From Camelus dromedarius (Eukaryota): a stretch of DNA of 64,000 nucleotides. Where the stretch lies: assembly GCF_036321535.1 (NCBI RefSeq), contig NC_087437.1, positions 82,462,001 to 82,526,000 of the forward strand, read 5' to 3'. Below are positions 37,701 to 51,720 of the stretch, piece after piece. Under the pieces are notes generated by a model, which saw only the letters and a program-made list of their open reading frames with translations, was not told where the DNA came from and did not search any database. Within the stretch, counting starts at the first letter, position 1. Each line of letters starts with the position of its first letter. The translations under genes were made by a program, and so were the position numbers.

Positions 37701-39479
37701 TGTCATTTAGGGCCTTGGATAATCATGCACAGCTGGAATCTGGCAAAAGACAGTGGGGAGGGCAGCTGAGCAGTGGGATGGGGATGGTGGGAAGGATGGG
37801 AATGGATGGAAGGTTTCCAGAAATAAATTTTACCCTGGTTCATGGCTAATTCTGTTCTCCCAATCCACATCTCCTCTTGGACTGAGCAAAGAGCCCAGAG
37901 TGGAGGGAAATAGTGGAAGCAGATCAATGAATTCTCCATTCTGCATTCTTTCCAACTGTTGGACAAAGTGTTCTGGAGATATGAATACATGTACGTGTAT
38001 GCAAGTCTCTAATACCTGCCAAGGTAGAGGAGAATAATTCACCTTATTCTATATTTCAGAGCTCAAGTACTCCTCAAGGCCTCTTTTCAGCTCTCTTAGC
38101 TCATAATTTTTTAGTTCTTCATTTTGTCAGTTCTCCTTTTATTTTGTTCATTTGTATTTTTTATAGCATCCTGATGATCAGTATTGTTATTTCTGTCTGG
38201 CAAAGGAAAGTTGGACTTGGGAAAACCCTATGACTTGGGCAATTTATCCCAATAAACAGGGATAGGACCAGGGAGCAAGCTGGGAATTCTCCTGAACACA
38301 TCCTGTTGTATAAGCTACTAAATCCCAGAATAGCCGCCTTTTCCCAGCCCCTACTTTTTGTTTGATTTGCCTTCATTCAAGATTTTTCTGTTTTGTGGCC
38401 CCACTGGCCTGTGGTTATTCTGAAGTGGAAAATCTTAAGCCTTGTTCTTTTTGAGGTTGGCAAGGTGTCTCTGGGGAGTATTTTAAGAGATTAAAATATG
38501 TCCTGTCACGTAATTGTTGCTGAAGGAAAGACACAGGGCTCAAAGCCAGGAATTCCTTTCCACACGTAAGCCCCATGATCTGGATGAAAGTGAAGCCTCT
38601 TGGTGCCATAGCTTCTCCATCTGTATTCTCTGCCTTTCCTCACAGGGATATTATGGAGCAAAATGAAATGAAATTATCTTGACCTACTTGGATATGACAA
38701 GCTTTTAGTTCTTTTCCAATTCTGAAATCCTATAGCTCTTTACAGTGGGTGGAGAAATTGAAAAAGAGAGCCAAGAAGAGATGTTTAGATGATCTATGGT
38801 TTTTATTTCTCCTAGTAAACAAGTGATGACAGTTCTCCAGCTCCTATCGCATCCTTGTCAACACTCATTCAAGTGAAGGAATTTTATCCCTGGAGATATT
38901 AAAGGGGATAAAAATCATTGGTCTTTTCAGCCCAGCTACCAGTGCTGTAGTTGCCATGAATGGTGTATACTTTGGTTAAGGATTTGAAGCAGTATCTCTG
39001 GCAATTCTATACTTCCTACAGGGAAAATATAGTTGTCTCTGTTTCTCAGTTAGTTTACTCCTTTCTTTTCTTCCCTCCTTCTTACATTTCCTCTCTCTCA
39101 GTGAACTTGCTTTCTCACTTTCTTCTCACACAAAGAGCCTTTTTCCACTTGAGTTCAGCTCACCTATTAGCTCTATGTCTACAGATCATTGACTTCTTAG
39201 TTAAAATTATTACCAGTTGGGAACTGGATAGCTTAATCAAGTCTTTGGTTACTCTTCCCTCTTGGGTTATGGGTCCATTCTGGTTGAAATCAGCTGTAAG
39301 AGGAAGAAGGCATGGGCAGAGAGATAGTCGTGGACTTCCACTCAGGGGCCATCAATAGTGCAGACCATAATAGGCAGATCTACTTTGGTTTTCAATGTAT
39401 AATAAAAGAGCTCCTCCACAAAGCTCAATACCTAGCTTTAGTTATAGGTGATAAATATTGTGCTTTGAACACATGCTGT

Positions 39480-39660
39480 ATTTAGGGTCAGGAAGTCTTT
39501 GTTCATGATCCTGGCTCTGCCTCTCACAAACTATGTGAATTTCTTATTTATTAAGTTTTACCATCTGTAAAATGGAGAGAGGATAATATCTTCTAGCAAC
39601 TTCACAGAATTGTTGTAAAGAAAATATGCCAAAAGTCTTTACAAGTTTGTGAATGTAGAC
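39480..39660 (+). mobile_element. MIR SINE
   Basis: 'atcctggctctgcc...ctatgtga...catctgtaaaatggag'. Confidence 0.75.
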
Positions 39661-39674
39661 AATATTAGACATCT

Positions 39675-39976
39675 TTATGTATTTCTCCAGTTTTATTGAG
39701 ATGTAGTTAACATATAACAATGATTAGTTTTAAGTGTACAACAGAATGATTTGAAGTATGTATATTTGCAAAATGATTGCCATAATGTTTTATTAACGTT
39801 CATCTCTTCACATAGTTATATTTTTTTCTTGTGATGAGAACTTTTAAGACCTACTTTCTTAGCAACTTTCGAAAATAGGTTATTGTTAACTATAGTCACC
39901 ATGCTGTACTGTATAATCTCAGAACTTATTTATCTTATAATTGGAAGTTTGTACATTTTGACCACCTTCACTCATC
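39675..39976 (-). mobile_element. LINE-1 3' end (L1MA8/9-like)
   Basis: 'cagttttattgagatgtagttaacata...gtgatgagaacttttaagacctactttcttagcaactttc...aactatagtcaccatgctgtac'. Confidence 0.9.
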
Positions 39977-40437
39977 TATATTTTTTAAGTTTCTATAATT
40001 TCTAAATTTGTGCTATCTTCTACAAATCATATTCTATATAAAACAGAAATCGTGCTCTGTGCTCTGAACCCTTATTTGATTATATAGTTGTTCAACTTAT
40101 TCCTCCCACACCCCCAGACCAAGGAGGCTTTCTCTAACAGCACATCTAAGAATATTTGCATTGTAGTTTCTTCCTCCACTTTATTGTTCTTTGCAGCACT
40201 TATGCTGTATGCCGTTATATCATATATTTATGTGTTCACTGTTTTTTTTTCTGTTTCTGTTTTTAAAATTTGAGCTTGTGGATATTTTCTTTTCAATTTA
40301 TTGACATGTGTAAGATAAAAGAATGTGAAGGAAAATCAAAGCTGTGTTGTCATATGCAGGTTGCTCTGGAAGTGAAACCAAGCAAATACCTGTCCTATTG
40401 TAAGAACTTGCTGCTGTCTGAGCTTGTTTTGTTATTT

Positions 40438-40463
40438 TTTTGTTGTTGTTGTTGTTGTTGTTT
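40438..40463. repeat. (TTG)n microsatellite
   Basis: About 7 ttg units. Confidence 0.9.
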
Positions 40464-43400
40464 TTGATATCTGGGACCAGATGTCTGAGAAGGCTGATGC
40501 TTGGGAAGTTATTCCTAAGTGAAAAACAAACAGAAAAAATGGAAACTCCATGAGGTGAGACGTGTCTAAGGAACACCTGAATGTCAGACTTGTCCATGAT
40601 AGTTTTCTTCTGAATCAGAATAGATGCTTATCATACTCTATGAGGTTCAGTGACTTGTCTCAATACTAAATAAGGGGAAATACTAAAATATGTTCCAAAA
40701 AAAACCTTCATTGAATATAGAATAGCCTTTTCTATGCTTCTGTCCTCAACTTCCTTCTATAATTCTATTTCCTCTGCCTGCTGAGAGCTGGATTCCTGAA
40801 AGATATAGATTTCAGCAAGCTGCTGCATGGAGCCATTGGTCTCTGCTCTGGATGGAGAATTTCCTCCAGAGCACATCTACTGTTTTGATCTTATCCCTGC
40901 TGCTTAGCTTCCAAGTGGAATGACTGTCACTTTGCATGTTTAATACTATGCTTAATGATTTATCTGGCTGCCATTCCTTACACATTACACAACAGGTCAT
41001 GAAAGTTAGAGAGTTACAAAGTTTGCAGGGCATGAAGCAAGGGTTCTGTGCATGACAGTGGCAGGGGCTGAAAGGTGACTGATCACTGAGAAAAGCAGAA
41101 GAGGCTGGCAAGAGTCCAAAAGTATGTGGAGATTTGCTTCTTGGTTGGATTACAGATATCTTCAGTATTATTAAACTCAAAAATGTTCCAGGAGACCAAG
41201 GCTTCTGCATATCTCCTCCCCAGGTGTAGGGCAAGAATACTCATGTGAGTGGATCAGGAGGGTTAGTTTTCCAAAGGGATTCCTTCATGCCAAAGGACAA
41301 TCCTAGTTTCCTCAAGGCTAGTCTCCTTGACAGTTACCATATAATATATTGTCTTATATAGTTATTTATTTTAGTATAAACAGTTCCCCCAAAGATCCTG
41401 CTTGCAAGTTGGTCCTACTGATTAGAAAGAGAATATTACAACAGCAGGATTACTCTTTGCAATATTCAGCTGGGAGCAAACATACTACTTGACTAGGACT
41501 CTTTTCTTGTTATTAGGTCACATTGCTGGTATGGAGAGGATTCTGCGGGTGTTATTTATAATACTTAACAATCATGGTAGCAGAGGCACATCAGTCAAAA
41601 TGATGGTCTGTCCAAATAGAGTGGACAGCCCTTCACCCGTAGGAAAAACCCAGTGGGTTAGAACAAGACTGGGAAAATGGAATGCTCACCACTAGCATCC
41701 CAGTCTCTTACCCTAGGCTTCTAGACCTCATCTTAGCATAATCATCCTACAATAGAGGCCTCTGATCAGTCATTGCAGATTTGTCATGTTAAAAAATATT
41801 TGATTGCCTTGATCCATAAAATTACTCAACATTAAAAATTCAACTAACACAGATAACTGAGTGCTTTCACCTCCAATTCTCAACCTATTTCCCAGATATT
41901 TTAAAGACTATTTCTCAGAAAGATATACCTCTTGGATTTCTCTCATATTAACTTCCCTTTGGCCTCAGCCTTGGACATGAGCTCAATTGGCTATTCCCCT
42001 AGGCTTTTGAACAGCCCTCACCCCCGACGCTGAGACTGAGATGTACTTGGAATTTTCCTTTTACAAACAGTTTAGCTCTAACAGACTTGTTCCTTTACCA
42101 TTTATTATTCTCTCTTCAGTCCTGCACTTGTCTACTCCAGATCACAGTTTGGTCACAGTGTCCTGTTTATAATTATAATTTTAAAACTCCTGAAGCCATT
42201 TATTGATTTACTAATTTATTTGCTTATTTGCTTCTTTATTGTCAATGGGTATATCAGAACTGAATTATACTGTTAGATTAAGAGGTATTTATTTGACATA
42301 TTTTCCTTTGTTATCTCTGTGAAAAGTCCTCTTCTGAGAGGATGTCAGAATGTGCCAAAATTAAATAATAAAAAGAAAAAAGAAAAAACAATAGAGCAAA
42401 AGAAAGGTGAAATCCTGTCAATAGTATAAGTAAATCTTGTTTAGCTATACTGAGTTTCTAAAATTTACTCTTGCTTCCTAAATGGCTTAAAATTTCTGCT
42501 CAAGGGAAAGTAACAGACAAGAACAACACACTGCCCCCTCTTCCTTTCAGTTTGTATCTATCTTCCTCTCTGCTGCCCTTAACCAGGGCCTCATCTCTCT
42601 TGTGTTTTATTTGTATATATTTCTTATCATTCAGGGTGACTAATTTCTACCAAACCTCTCCGATGAACCTGGAAACATTTGTGGGTCAGAAGGAAGTGGG
42701 TATAGTCAAGTGGGCATAGACTTGCCCCAGACCCTCCTCCCCAGAACACCAAGGTGGAAGATGGCTGCAGCCCACTCTCAGCCATCCACTGACCTCCAAG
42801 GGCCTATTGTATACTTCTTTCCCTTGAAAACTGCCCTGACGCTGATTGTATCTACATGAAAACATCTTTGGGTGGGGGAAGGAGAGCACCAACCCTTCCC
42901 AGCCCTCATTGTTTACCTTGTTCCTGGACAACCTGTAGTGATCCGGTGGCATTGCAGTGGAAATAGATGTTTCCTCTTTCTCAAATATTTAGGGTTGCTA
43001 CATGATCTAGGTCTTTGTATGTTATTTCACTCCCCAGGGTGTCTTTCTTGGACATCTCTGAGCAGTCGGCATATAGCATTATAATACAGCATTACAACTG
43101 AGATCTCCTACTGGACACAAGATCTTTGAGATCAGTTTATTTTATTTTACTTCATTTTATTTTATTATTATCTTTAAAATCTATTTTCCTAGCACCTGAT
43201 CAAAAGCTTAGCCCATCATAAGATCTTGTAAATATTTTGTTGAATGTATGAACAAATTAATTACAATGCATCTGAGTATAAGCACTCTCTTCCTGTTCAG
43301 AAGAGCTCTTCATAATGGCTCCTCTTTGTACCTTGATTATGGTTTTTTTTCCCCTTCTCTGGAAGATGGGGAGCAGGGGTAGGGCAGGGACTAGACACTT

Positions 43401-44644
43401 GTCTATCCATCATGTGGGACTAATTAGGATCCAAAAAGTAATGAAAAGGAAGTTCATGGGGACAGATAATACAATCTGAACTTGTGTGTTCATTGATCAA
43501 ACCTTGGGATTCTCCCTTATAGGACAGGGCCAAAAGGACTTAGGAGAAAGAGTAAATTATTATTTTTCATTCCCTTTTGCTACAAATGTAGCTAAGTAAC
43601 ATATAAATCAATGAGAGTCAGGTGAAGACCTTTTCTCTAAGCAATTTAAACCTCAGTTTTTTGCAGTGTTATCAGCAGTTGTGGAAATTCAAGTTTTCAG
43701 TCATAAAGATTAGAAAGAGAATGAGATTGAGAGTCAGGTGAACTGGGATTAATACCATTTTTGGCATGAAAAAGTGATTGGATAAAACATTTCATGTCTT
43801 TAAGCCACAGTTTCCTTATCAAAAGTGAAGATGACAACTGTTTCTCTACTTTGTAAAGGTATTGTGAAGACAGTTGTATGTTAAAATGACCTTTGGAAAA
43901 AGTAATATATGTTAAAATGACTTTTGGAAAAAAAGACTTTGCAAAACATTATAGAAATGAAAAATATGGTATGGCCTGAGACTATTACCTTCTATTCCAA
44001 GTCTAACTGGACACTCCTCTTTCAGCTGCATATGGAGGTGTGAACTTCCTGACTTTTCATTAGGACAAAAGGGAGTACAAAATTTCCCTGTGAAGAAAAA
44101 TGAACTAATGGCTGAGTGGTTTAAGAACACGTGGTTATCATGTCTAATTTCCTACTGCATTCCAGCAGTGCTGCACTGACAGTTATCTCTGACAGTTTTA
44201 GAATATTGAGTAAATTCATCCTCATGACACCTTCAGGGAGAAAGCAGCAGTGACACACATAGGCCTTCCGTGGCTAGTGGGGGCTTTAGATGGAAAAGCA
44301 GCCAGCTGTAAAAATAGTATGCTGAGTGGATGTGAAGTCTTCTGAACTGTTTAAGATAAGCATTTCCTTACTCAAAGATGTGGGAGGATCAGGTCAATGT
44401 TTTCACATTATATATTCCACTGCCTCTGGGCACACTCAAACTGTCTGCACCCTGCTTGCCTTGGATTCTTTCATTCAGCAATCATGGATTTCTAATTGCA
44501 AGGTATTTTGCTGTTCTGTTAATCACAAATTATACTGTTGTCTTAGGAAAGGTCCAGCCATATAGTGGTAGAAACCAGAACTGATAGCAAATACTTAAAT
44601 AATGCTTACCACCAAACGCTGTACTAGAAATAATAGTGAATACT

Positions 44645-44729
44645 CTGAATATATGTATATGCGTGACTGGGATATTATGCTGTACACCAGAAATTGACAT
44701 TGTAAGTCACTGTACTACAATAAAAAATA
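44645..44729 (+). mobile_element. Very short lineage-specific LINE-1 3' tail with 13-bp TSD, inside a MIR
   Basis: 'tatatgcgtgactgggatattatgctgtacaccagaaattgac...caataaaaaata'. The TSD aatagtgaatact is at 44632-44644 and 44730-44742. An antisense MIR continues to about 44940. Confidence 0.85.
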
Positions 44730-47545
44730 AATAGTGAATACTTACATGGTACTTACCAGGAGACACTAAAAATAATATGAATTTATTTGATTCTCACTGT
44801 AATCTTATGAGGAACATTCAAGAAATACCTCATTCTGCAAATATAGAAACTGGGGTACAGAAAGGTCAAGCATATCTAACAAGGCCACATAGCTAACAAA
44901 GTCAAAACATGAGCCCAGGCGACTCAACTCCAGAGTCTGGGCAATGGCTTTAGCTTTAGCTTTACTGAGAAGAGTTCAGCTCTGGCAGTAAGAATAAGTA
45001 AGATGATTTCTTAGTAATCGCTTAGGTTGTCAATAAAGATTGCTTTTAAATGTCACTGGTAGGAAAATCAAAGAAGCCTCTGTGTAACAACATAACACGA
45101 TCTAGGCCTCATTTTGGACACCTGTTATACTTAGTAGTATCAGAGTTAATTATACTTTTGCTATTTCAGGTGGGTAAATTTAGCTTCTCCACCAGATTTA
45201 CAAGCAAGTGGAAGAGTGACTATGTTTTAAACTTCCATTGCATACGTACACGTACGTATATACTTTATTCATCCATTTACACGTCCTGTGTGCATAGTGC
45301 AGGGCACACACTGGGCACCCATGAACCACATTGATTAGTTCAGTCACATTTTTTCCTTTTCTTTTATACATTTACTTTTTTCCTCTTTGCACGGAGAGTA
45401 TTTACAGTATGCAAAGATGTAAAGAATGATTTCCCCTGGACTCTGTATTCACCCCTTTGAGCAGTGTTCTCTTCCAACTGAAGTGAGGATGCAACAGCTA
45501 CTTTTAAGGACTGCACCACCCAGAAGAAAAGGAACTAAAAGCCAAACTTGGCATTGTGGTGTAGAGTAGTCTGGACAAGCCGTGGCATATGTGGCTCACA
45601 TTTAAGGGGGTCCAGTAACAAAAGTTAAATACCCACCACCGCTGCCCCAATAGTACTCTGTGAGACTGTTGTTGATACTTATCAGGACTAGTGCCTGGAG
45701 GAGGAGGACTCTCCTTTTACCTGAATCATTAGGGCAGTTGACCTATGGCTTGTGGAAGTGTAACTACTCCAGATGCTAATTTTAAATATGAAAAACAGAA
45801 AACTCACAGGGAATCTGGGATTAAAATGACTCCTTAAACAATGTTTTTCCTTCAGGCACACCATGTCTGTGCTCAAACTGAGGTGGACTGACAAAGAAAA
45901 ATATACTCACAAGTGATACAGGCAAGTCTGGAAGTATTCTGTTTAATAAGCTAAGAGAAATTCCCCTTGATTTCCTAGGTTTTGTAAAGAAAAGAGGAGG
46001 GACTTTTCATTAATTAAAAAATGAGTTAGAAGAGGCTGAAGATTCAAATAGCAAGTATATTCTCCCTTTTGGGCCTTTCTTTTTCTATTAGTGGAGGATA
46101 AAAAGTATTGACTGACAAAAAAAGAAGGAAATATGAAAAGTTCAGCTTCAATTTTTCAAAGTAATCTTGCTGTAATAGATGTAAAATAGAGTACAATTAA
46201 GAAATGGAATGCAAAATCTTGTAAAGAATTTCTAATTTATCATTTTAAGTTTACAGATTCGCTTATTAACAGACATATTTGTGCCAGGCCCTGAGAACAG
46301 AGCAGTGAACTCCACTTATTTTAAGCATATATCCCAAGTACTAGTTAAATGTTACCCAAAGGAGAAGTAGGTTGAGGAGTAGAGGCACTAAAAACACAGG
46401 TTTCTGCCTGCCTGTGTTGATGCTTCATATTCCTTATAACTTCCATTTTTGGAAGTCATTTGCTGAAGATACCCTAGGCTCAACAATGGTATATGGGAAG
46501 GAGAAGCACCAGGCTGCTTTGTGAGGGCCCACCTACTACCTCAACACAAACGTGGTCAGAGTAGATGGTAATGACCCACACTGCATGGACAGATGAAACT
46601 GGAAGAGAAATGTTCCATCCTCATGACTTCAAAATAAGCCAAACTGAACCAGAACTCTCTTAGGCATACGTGAGCCAGTGTTCTCCAACAGGGCAGAGAG
46701 GTGTGATCTTATGGATGCTAAATGTAGCAGCTAGGGAGCTGTAATAATATGATGACTTTGGTAACTGGAATGACTTATTTCATTGCCGGAGATATACTGG
46801 ACCTAGATCAAGAAAGCTTGTCAATGGATTATGAGGGAGAATGGAATGCTGTGGAATTATTTAGCTAACATTTTAAAACTAACTCTTAATTAAAAGCACT
46901 TGTGATGTGCCTTAATACTGGTATTTGTTCTTGGATTAATTCTTTATTGCATTTCTAACCAAGTAGCCTAAGTATGTATCTGTACCAAACAGAGCCCCAT
47001 GCATATACTGGCATATACTGTTTGTTAGATTTCATTTATTATTTTTTATTGTGCCCATCCATCCAGTCTTAGGAACCAAAGAAAAAGTATTAAAACTGCA
47101 TGGATGTCTATTCTTCCTTTGACTATGTACAAACTACCTGATCATTCCAGAAACAGAGCAAGCAAAAGTTTAAAGCCCTTCCCTTTGCTGAGACTTTTTT
47201 TTTTCCATCACAAGCACTAATTGGATAGTTTTTAAGATGTTTACATTCATATCCCCTTGATTACCATGATTATGATCTACTTTTGTTCATCTTTTGTGTG
47301 CATAGAAATGAGAGATTTGGGGTTTTAGGCCTGAGTAGTTTAACTATAATAGCAGAAGGAAGGCAAATTTGCAGATAATGTTTTTTAGTAGTTCCCCCAA
47401 ATACCTTCATTTAAATTTCTTATTTATTTGTCTAGAGTAACTGCAAATATTAGAGAAAATTATAAACAAGATGCTTTGGTCTTTCCACTCCTAACTGTAA
47501 AATATGTTTTAAGCAATCTTTTGAATGAAAGAAAAGATATTAGAG

Positions 47546-47762
47546 CACACGGTCAGGAAAACTACAGCTCTTAAGCCAAATCCAGGCCACAGCTTGTTTT
47601 TGTAAATAAAGTTTAATTGGAACACAGCCACACCCATTTTCTCATGTATATGACTGCTTTCACAGTAAAACAGCAGGGTTAAGCATTTGCAACAAAAACC
47701 TTGGGCTTACAAAACCTAAAATTTACCTTCTGAACTTCTCAGAAAAAGTTTGTAAACTCCTG
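47546..47762 (+). mobile_element. MER58A-like hAT MITE
   Basis: 'aaactacagc...gccaaatcc...gtttttgtaaataaagtttaattggaacacagccacaccc...gaaaaagtttgtaaactcctg'. Confidence 0.9.
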
Positions 47763-47964
47763 TATATAGAAAAAGGAAGAGAGCATACCAGTCAAGAGCA
47801 TAGCCCTATATATATCAAACATGACAGCATTCAGATAATCAAGGAACAATTTGTAGATGGCACTGAGGTTAATTCGTAGGACTGTTAATTTGAGTAATAA
47901 TTGGTATCTGGAGTAGACTTCTGAGAAGGAAAATAAAGCCCAAATTATTTTTTAAAAAGTATAT

Positions 47965-48246
47965 TCTATTTTTTTTCAGCTATATCGAGATATAATTGAC
48001 ATATATAGTTGATATAATTGTGAAAGTTAAAGATGTACAATGTAGTGATTTTATATGTATATATTGCAAAACGGTTACCACAAAAAAGTTAACACTTCCA
48101 TCACCTCATATAGTTGCGGTTTGTTTTGTGGTGAGAACTTTAAAAATCTACTTTTGGCAGCTTTCAAATAGGTAATACAGCATTGTTAACTATAATCACC
48201 ATGCTGTACATTACATCCTCAAACTTATGAATCTTGTTACTAGAAG
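47965..48246 (-). mobile_element. LINE-1 3' end (L1MA8/9-like)
   Basis: 'gagatataattgacata...gtggtgagaactttaaaaatctac...ttaactataatcaccatgctgtacattacatcc'. Confidence 0.9.
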
Positions 48247-48529
48247 CCACATGATTCTTGAATTCTGGGTAGAGTGGGTCAGAGAATCTAGCAGGTGAGA
48301 GGTAATAAGGAATTTCAGATGGAATTGCTGAATAAAAGTAAGAATTATAATCTAGTATTGGTTCATTTTTACTGTTATCACCTGTAGGTAATAGATTACT
48401 CTGGAAATGATGTTTTTATTTCTCATATTTTCAACTTCAGCTGTCACAGATGGAAGGGAGATCTAGACCTGGAAAATAGTATTCCATGGATATAGAAGGG
48501 ACTCTAGTCTTGGTATAGCTTCTTATCAA

Positions 48530-51500
48530 AAAAAGAAGTTTTCTTTTATTTCTAGTTTGCTGAGTTTTTACCAAGAGTGGGTATGGAATTTATCAGATTT
48601 TTGCCTGTGTCTATTGAAATGATTATAAGATTTTCTCATTCTGTTAATGTGGTAAGTTATGTTGATTAATTTCTAAAATGAAATCAGTATTGCTTTCCTG
48701 GGTTAAGTGCTACTTGTTACTGCTATGTTATGCTTTTCATACATTACTATATATGATATTCTAGTATGTTAAAAAAATCTTTTGAATCTATGGTCATAAG
48801 AGATAATGCTCTGTAGTTTTTATCTTCTTATAATGTCTTTGTTTGGATAATGAGTTGGTAAGCATTCCTTTCTTCTCTGCTTTCAGTTTGTGTGGAATTG
48901 GTTTTATGCCTTCCTTAAATAATGGGCAGAATTTGCTGGTATAATAGTCTTCCTACCAGTTTTCTCCATGGGAAGATTTTGAATGACAAATTTAATTTAT
49001 TTCATTTGGTTCTTTCTTCTTGGTTTTGTTCATTTGTATCTATCAAGAAGTTTTTCCATTTCATCCAAATGGTTGAATTTTTTGACACTGAATTTTATGT
49101 AATATTCTTTTATTATCCTAGTATATGTAGTGATGTTCCTTCTTGCAATCCTAATACTGGTAATTTGTATCTTCTCTTTTTTTCTTGAAACTAGAATTTG
49201 TGAATTTCATTTTTTGTTTTAGAAATTAAGTTTTGGCTTTATTCATTTAAAAAAGTTTCATTCTGTTCATTTTTATACTTTATTCTTTCTTCTGCTTCCT
49301 TTGAGTTTAATTTGCTCTTTTTAAGAATAAGTTTTATAAATTCTTAAGGCAGATTATTGATTCTAGACCTTTTGTTTTATAATAAAAACATCTAAAGCAA
49401 TAAGTTAACCTAAAAAAGTTAATTGCAACTAACTGATTTTGATATGGTTTTTTCATTTTCACTCAATTCAAAGTATTTTCTAATTTCCTTTGTGATTTCT
49501 TCTTGAATTAATAGCATACTTAGAAGTATAATATTTAATTTCCAAATATTTGAAGATTTTCCTGATAGTTTTCTGTTATTTCTAATTTAGTTCCATTTTG
49601 ATCATGGAATATAATATGTATTTTTTTCAATTCTCTACAGTGTATGGACTTTTTTTTTTCTTTATTTTTCTCTTTTCTTACTTTTTACATATTAATTGAC
49701 TATTTGAAACTGAATATGCCATTTTATTTTCGCTATTGGTTTATTAGCTATACTACTTTGTTCAATTCATTATATTTCTTTAGTTTATTGTCTTTGTAAA
49801 AAATATCTTTTATTTATTTAATTATTTGAAATTTCTGGCACTCATGTGTTTTACTTACAATTTTGTATTATTTCCCTTTTGCCTGATAAAATTCCTTTAA
49901 CATTTCTTATAATACAGGTCTGCTGATGATGGCTTTTCTGTAGTTTTTGTCTCAAAGTATTTTACTTTTAAAGAATGTATTTGCTAGATGTAGAATTCTA
50001 GATTGATTTTTTTCTTTTAAGCTTTTGAAAGATGTTTTCTCGCCTCTACTTTTCTGATTAGAAGCTAATGGTCGTTTGAATCATTTGTTCCATCCTCCTA
50101 TATAGTGTGTCATTATACTCTTGACTGCTTTCAGGACTTTACTTTTATCTTCAGTTTTCAGCAGTTTATTATAACTATGCCTATGTGTGGTTTTCTTTAT
50201 ATTTATCCATTTGGATTTTACTGATTTTTTTGAATTTGTAAATTTATGTCTTTACTAAATTTGGGGACATCTGGCCATTATTTTTTCAGTATTGTTTCTG
50301 TCACATACTTTCTCTCCTATCCTCCTGGGACTACTATAACATGAAAGTTAGACTTCTTAATATTCTCAAACAGGTCTCAGAGACACACATATGTAAATTT
50401 TTTTCCCTCTATGTTCTTCAAATAGCAACTGCCCAAGTCCTTTTAATGTTAACTGATGTTTTTCTTGTTCATCTCCATTCCACTGTTAAACTGACCAATA
50501 TAGTGAATTTTTAAATTTCAGATATTTTATATTTTATTCCTAGAATTTTCCTTTGATTCTTTTTCATAGCCTCCATTTCTTTGCTAAACTGTTTTTCATT
50601 CATTACATTATTTTTTCCCTTTTCTTAGCAAAGTTAAAATAGCTTTTCTACAGTACTTGTCTGATAATTTCACCTTGGGAACTGTCTCTTCTGTTCTTTT
50701 CCCTTGAGAATAAGTCATGTATTCCTGTTATTTCATATGTTGAGTAATTTTGGATTAGATCCTTGGAATTGTTGATATTATATTATGGAAACTCTGGATT
50801 CTGCTGTATTAGTTCAAAACCAGTTTATTTTTGCTTGTTTGTTTTTGCAGGCAATTATTTTGGTTAGACTCAGACTGCAAATTATACCTTTTGGATAACA
50901 GCTTAACTTTCAGTTTAATTCTTTTGATCTTAGCTAAGTGTCTTAGAAGTAGGCTCTATGTATTTGTAGTTATGGGTTGCCCAGAGATTTTAGCAAAGGG
51001 TGTGCACACAGTCTGTGGCTCTCCCTCTCTAGTGTTCTCTTCCTGGATGCTCCCTCACTTCCTAGCAGCTGTAATCTGACATTTCAGGCCTGAAAGATGG
51101 TGTGTTTTCTATTGAATTTTAGCCACTTCACATGGTGCCAAGTATAGAGTGCTCTCAAGCTAAATGCTTTATAAAGAGTTTCTCTTCTTCCAAGTTCCAG
51201 AATCTTCCTGCTGTTTTGCACTATCCAATTCTCTCAAGTAATTTCTTTTGCATTTTGTACAGAGTATATGGTTATTATCTGCAGTAAAGTCAACCTAGTA
51301 AGAATGTATTTGTCTATGCCAAAAGCAGAACTACTTAAATGCATATCAGGCCTAGTACTCAGTAAGACTCAGTGGGATCCCTGTGCAGACCTCTTTCTAT
51401 TCCTACTTTCAGAAACTTTGTCCTAAAGTTTCCAGCTGCCTCAGCTTCCCCAGTTTTGATCTTCACCTCCTCAACTCAGTGAGGCCAACTGAACTTTCTC

Positions 51501-51720
51501 TGCATTCTCCCACCCTGTATTTGTTTTGGTAATTGGCTCCAGGCAGAGGGGCAGCTTAAATGTAGAGCTCACCTTAATTTTTCATCTTTTCTCAGGAATA
51601 CCAGTTCTCCACTTCCTGTCTTCCCATGTATAAAAGCAGTTTTTTCATGTATTTTGCCCAATTGTTTACAGCAGAAGGTTAAACTCAATTTTTGTTATTT
51701 CCTCATGGTTAGAAGAAGTT
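48530..51720 (-). mobile_element. Old, fragmented LINE-1 (L1M-type; ORF2, ORF1 and 5' region)
   Basis: 'agaagttttcttttatttctagtttgctgag', 'tttaatttccaaatatttgaagattttcc', 'tgtagaattctagattga' and 'tcttgactgctttcaggact'. Confidence 0.85.
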
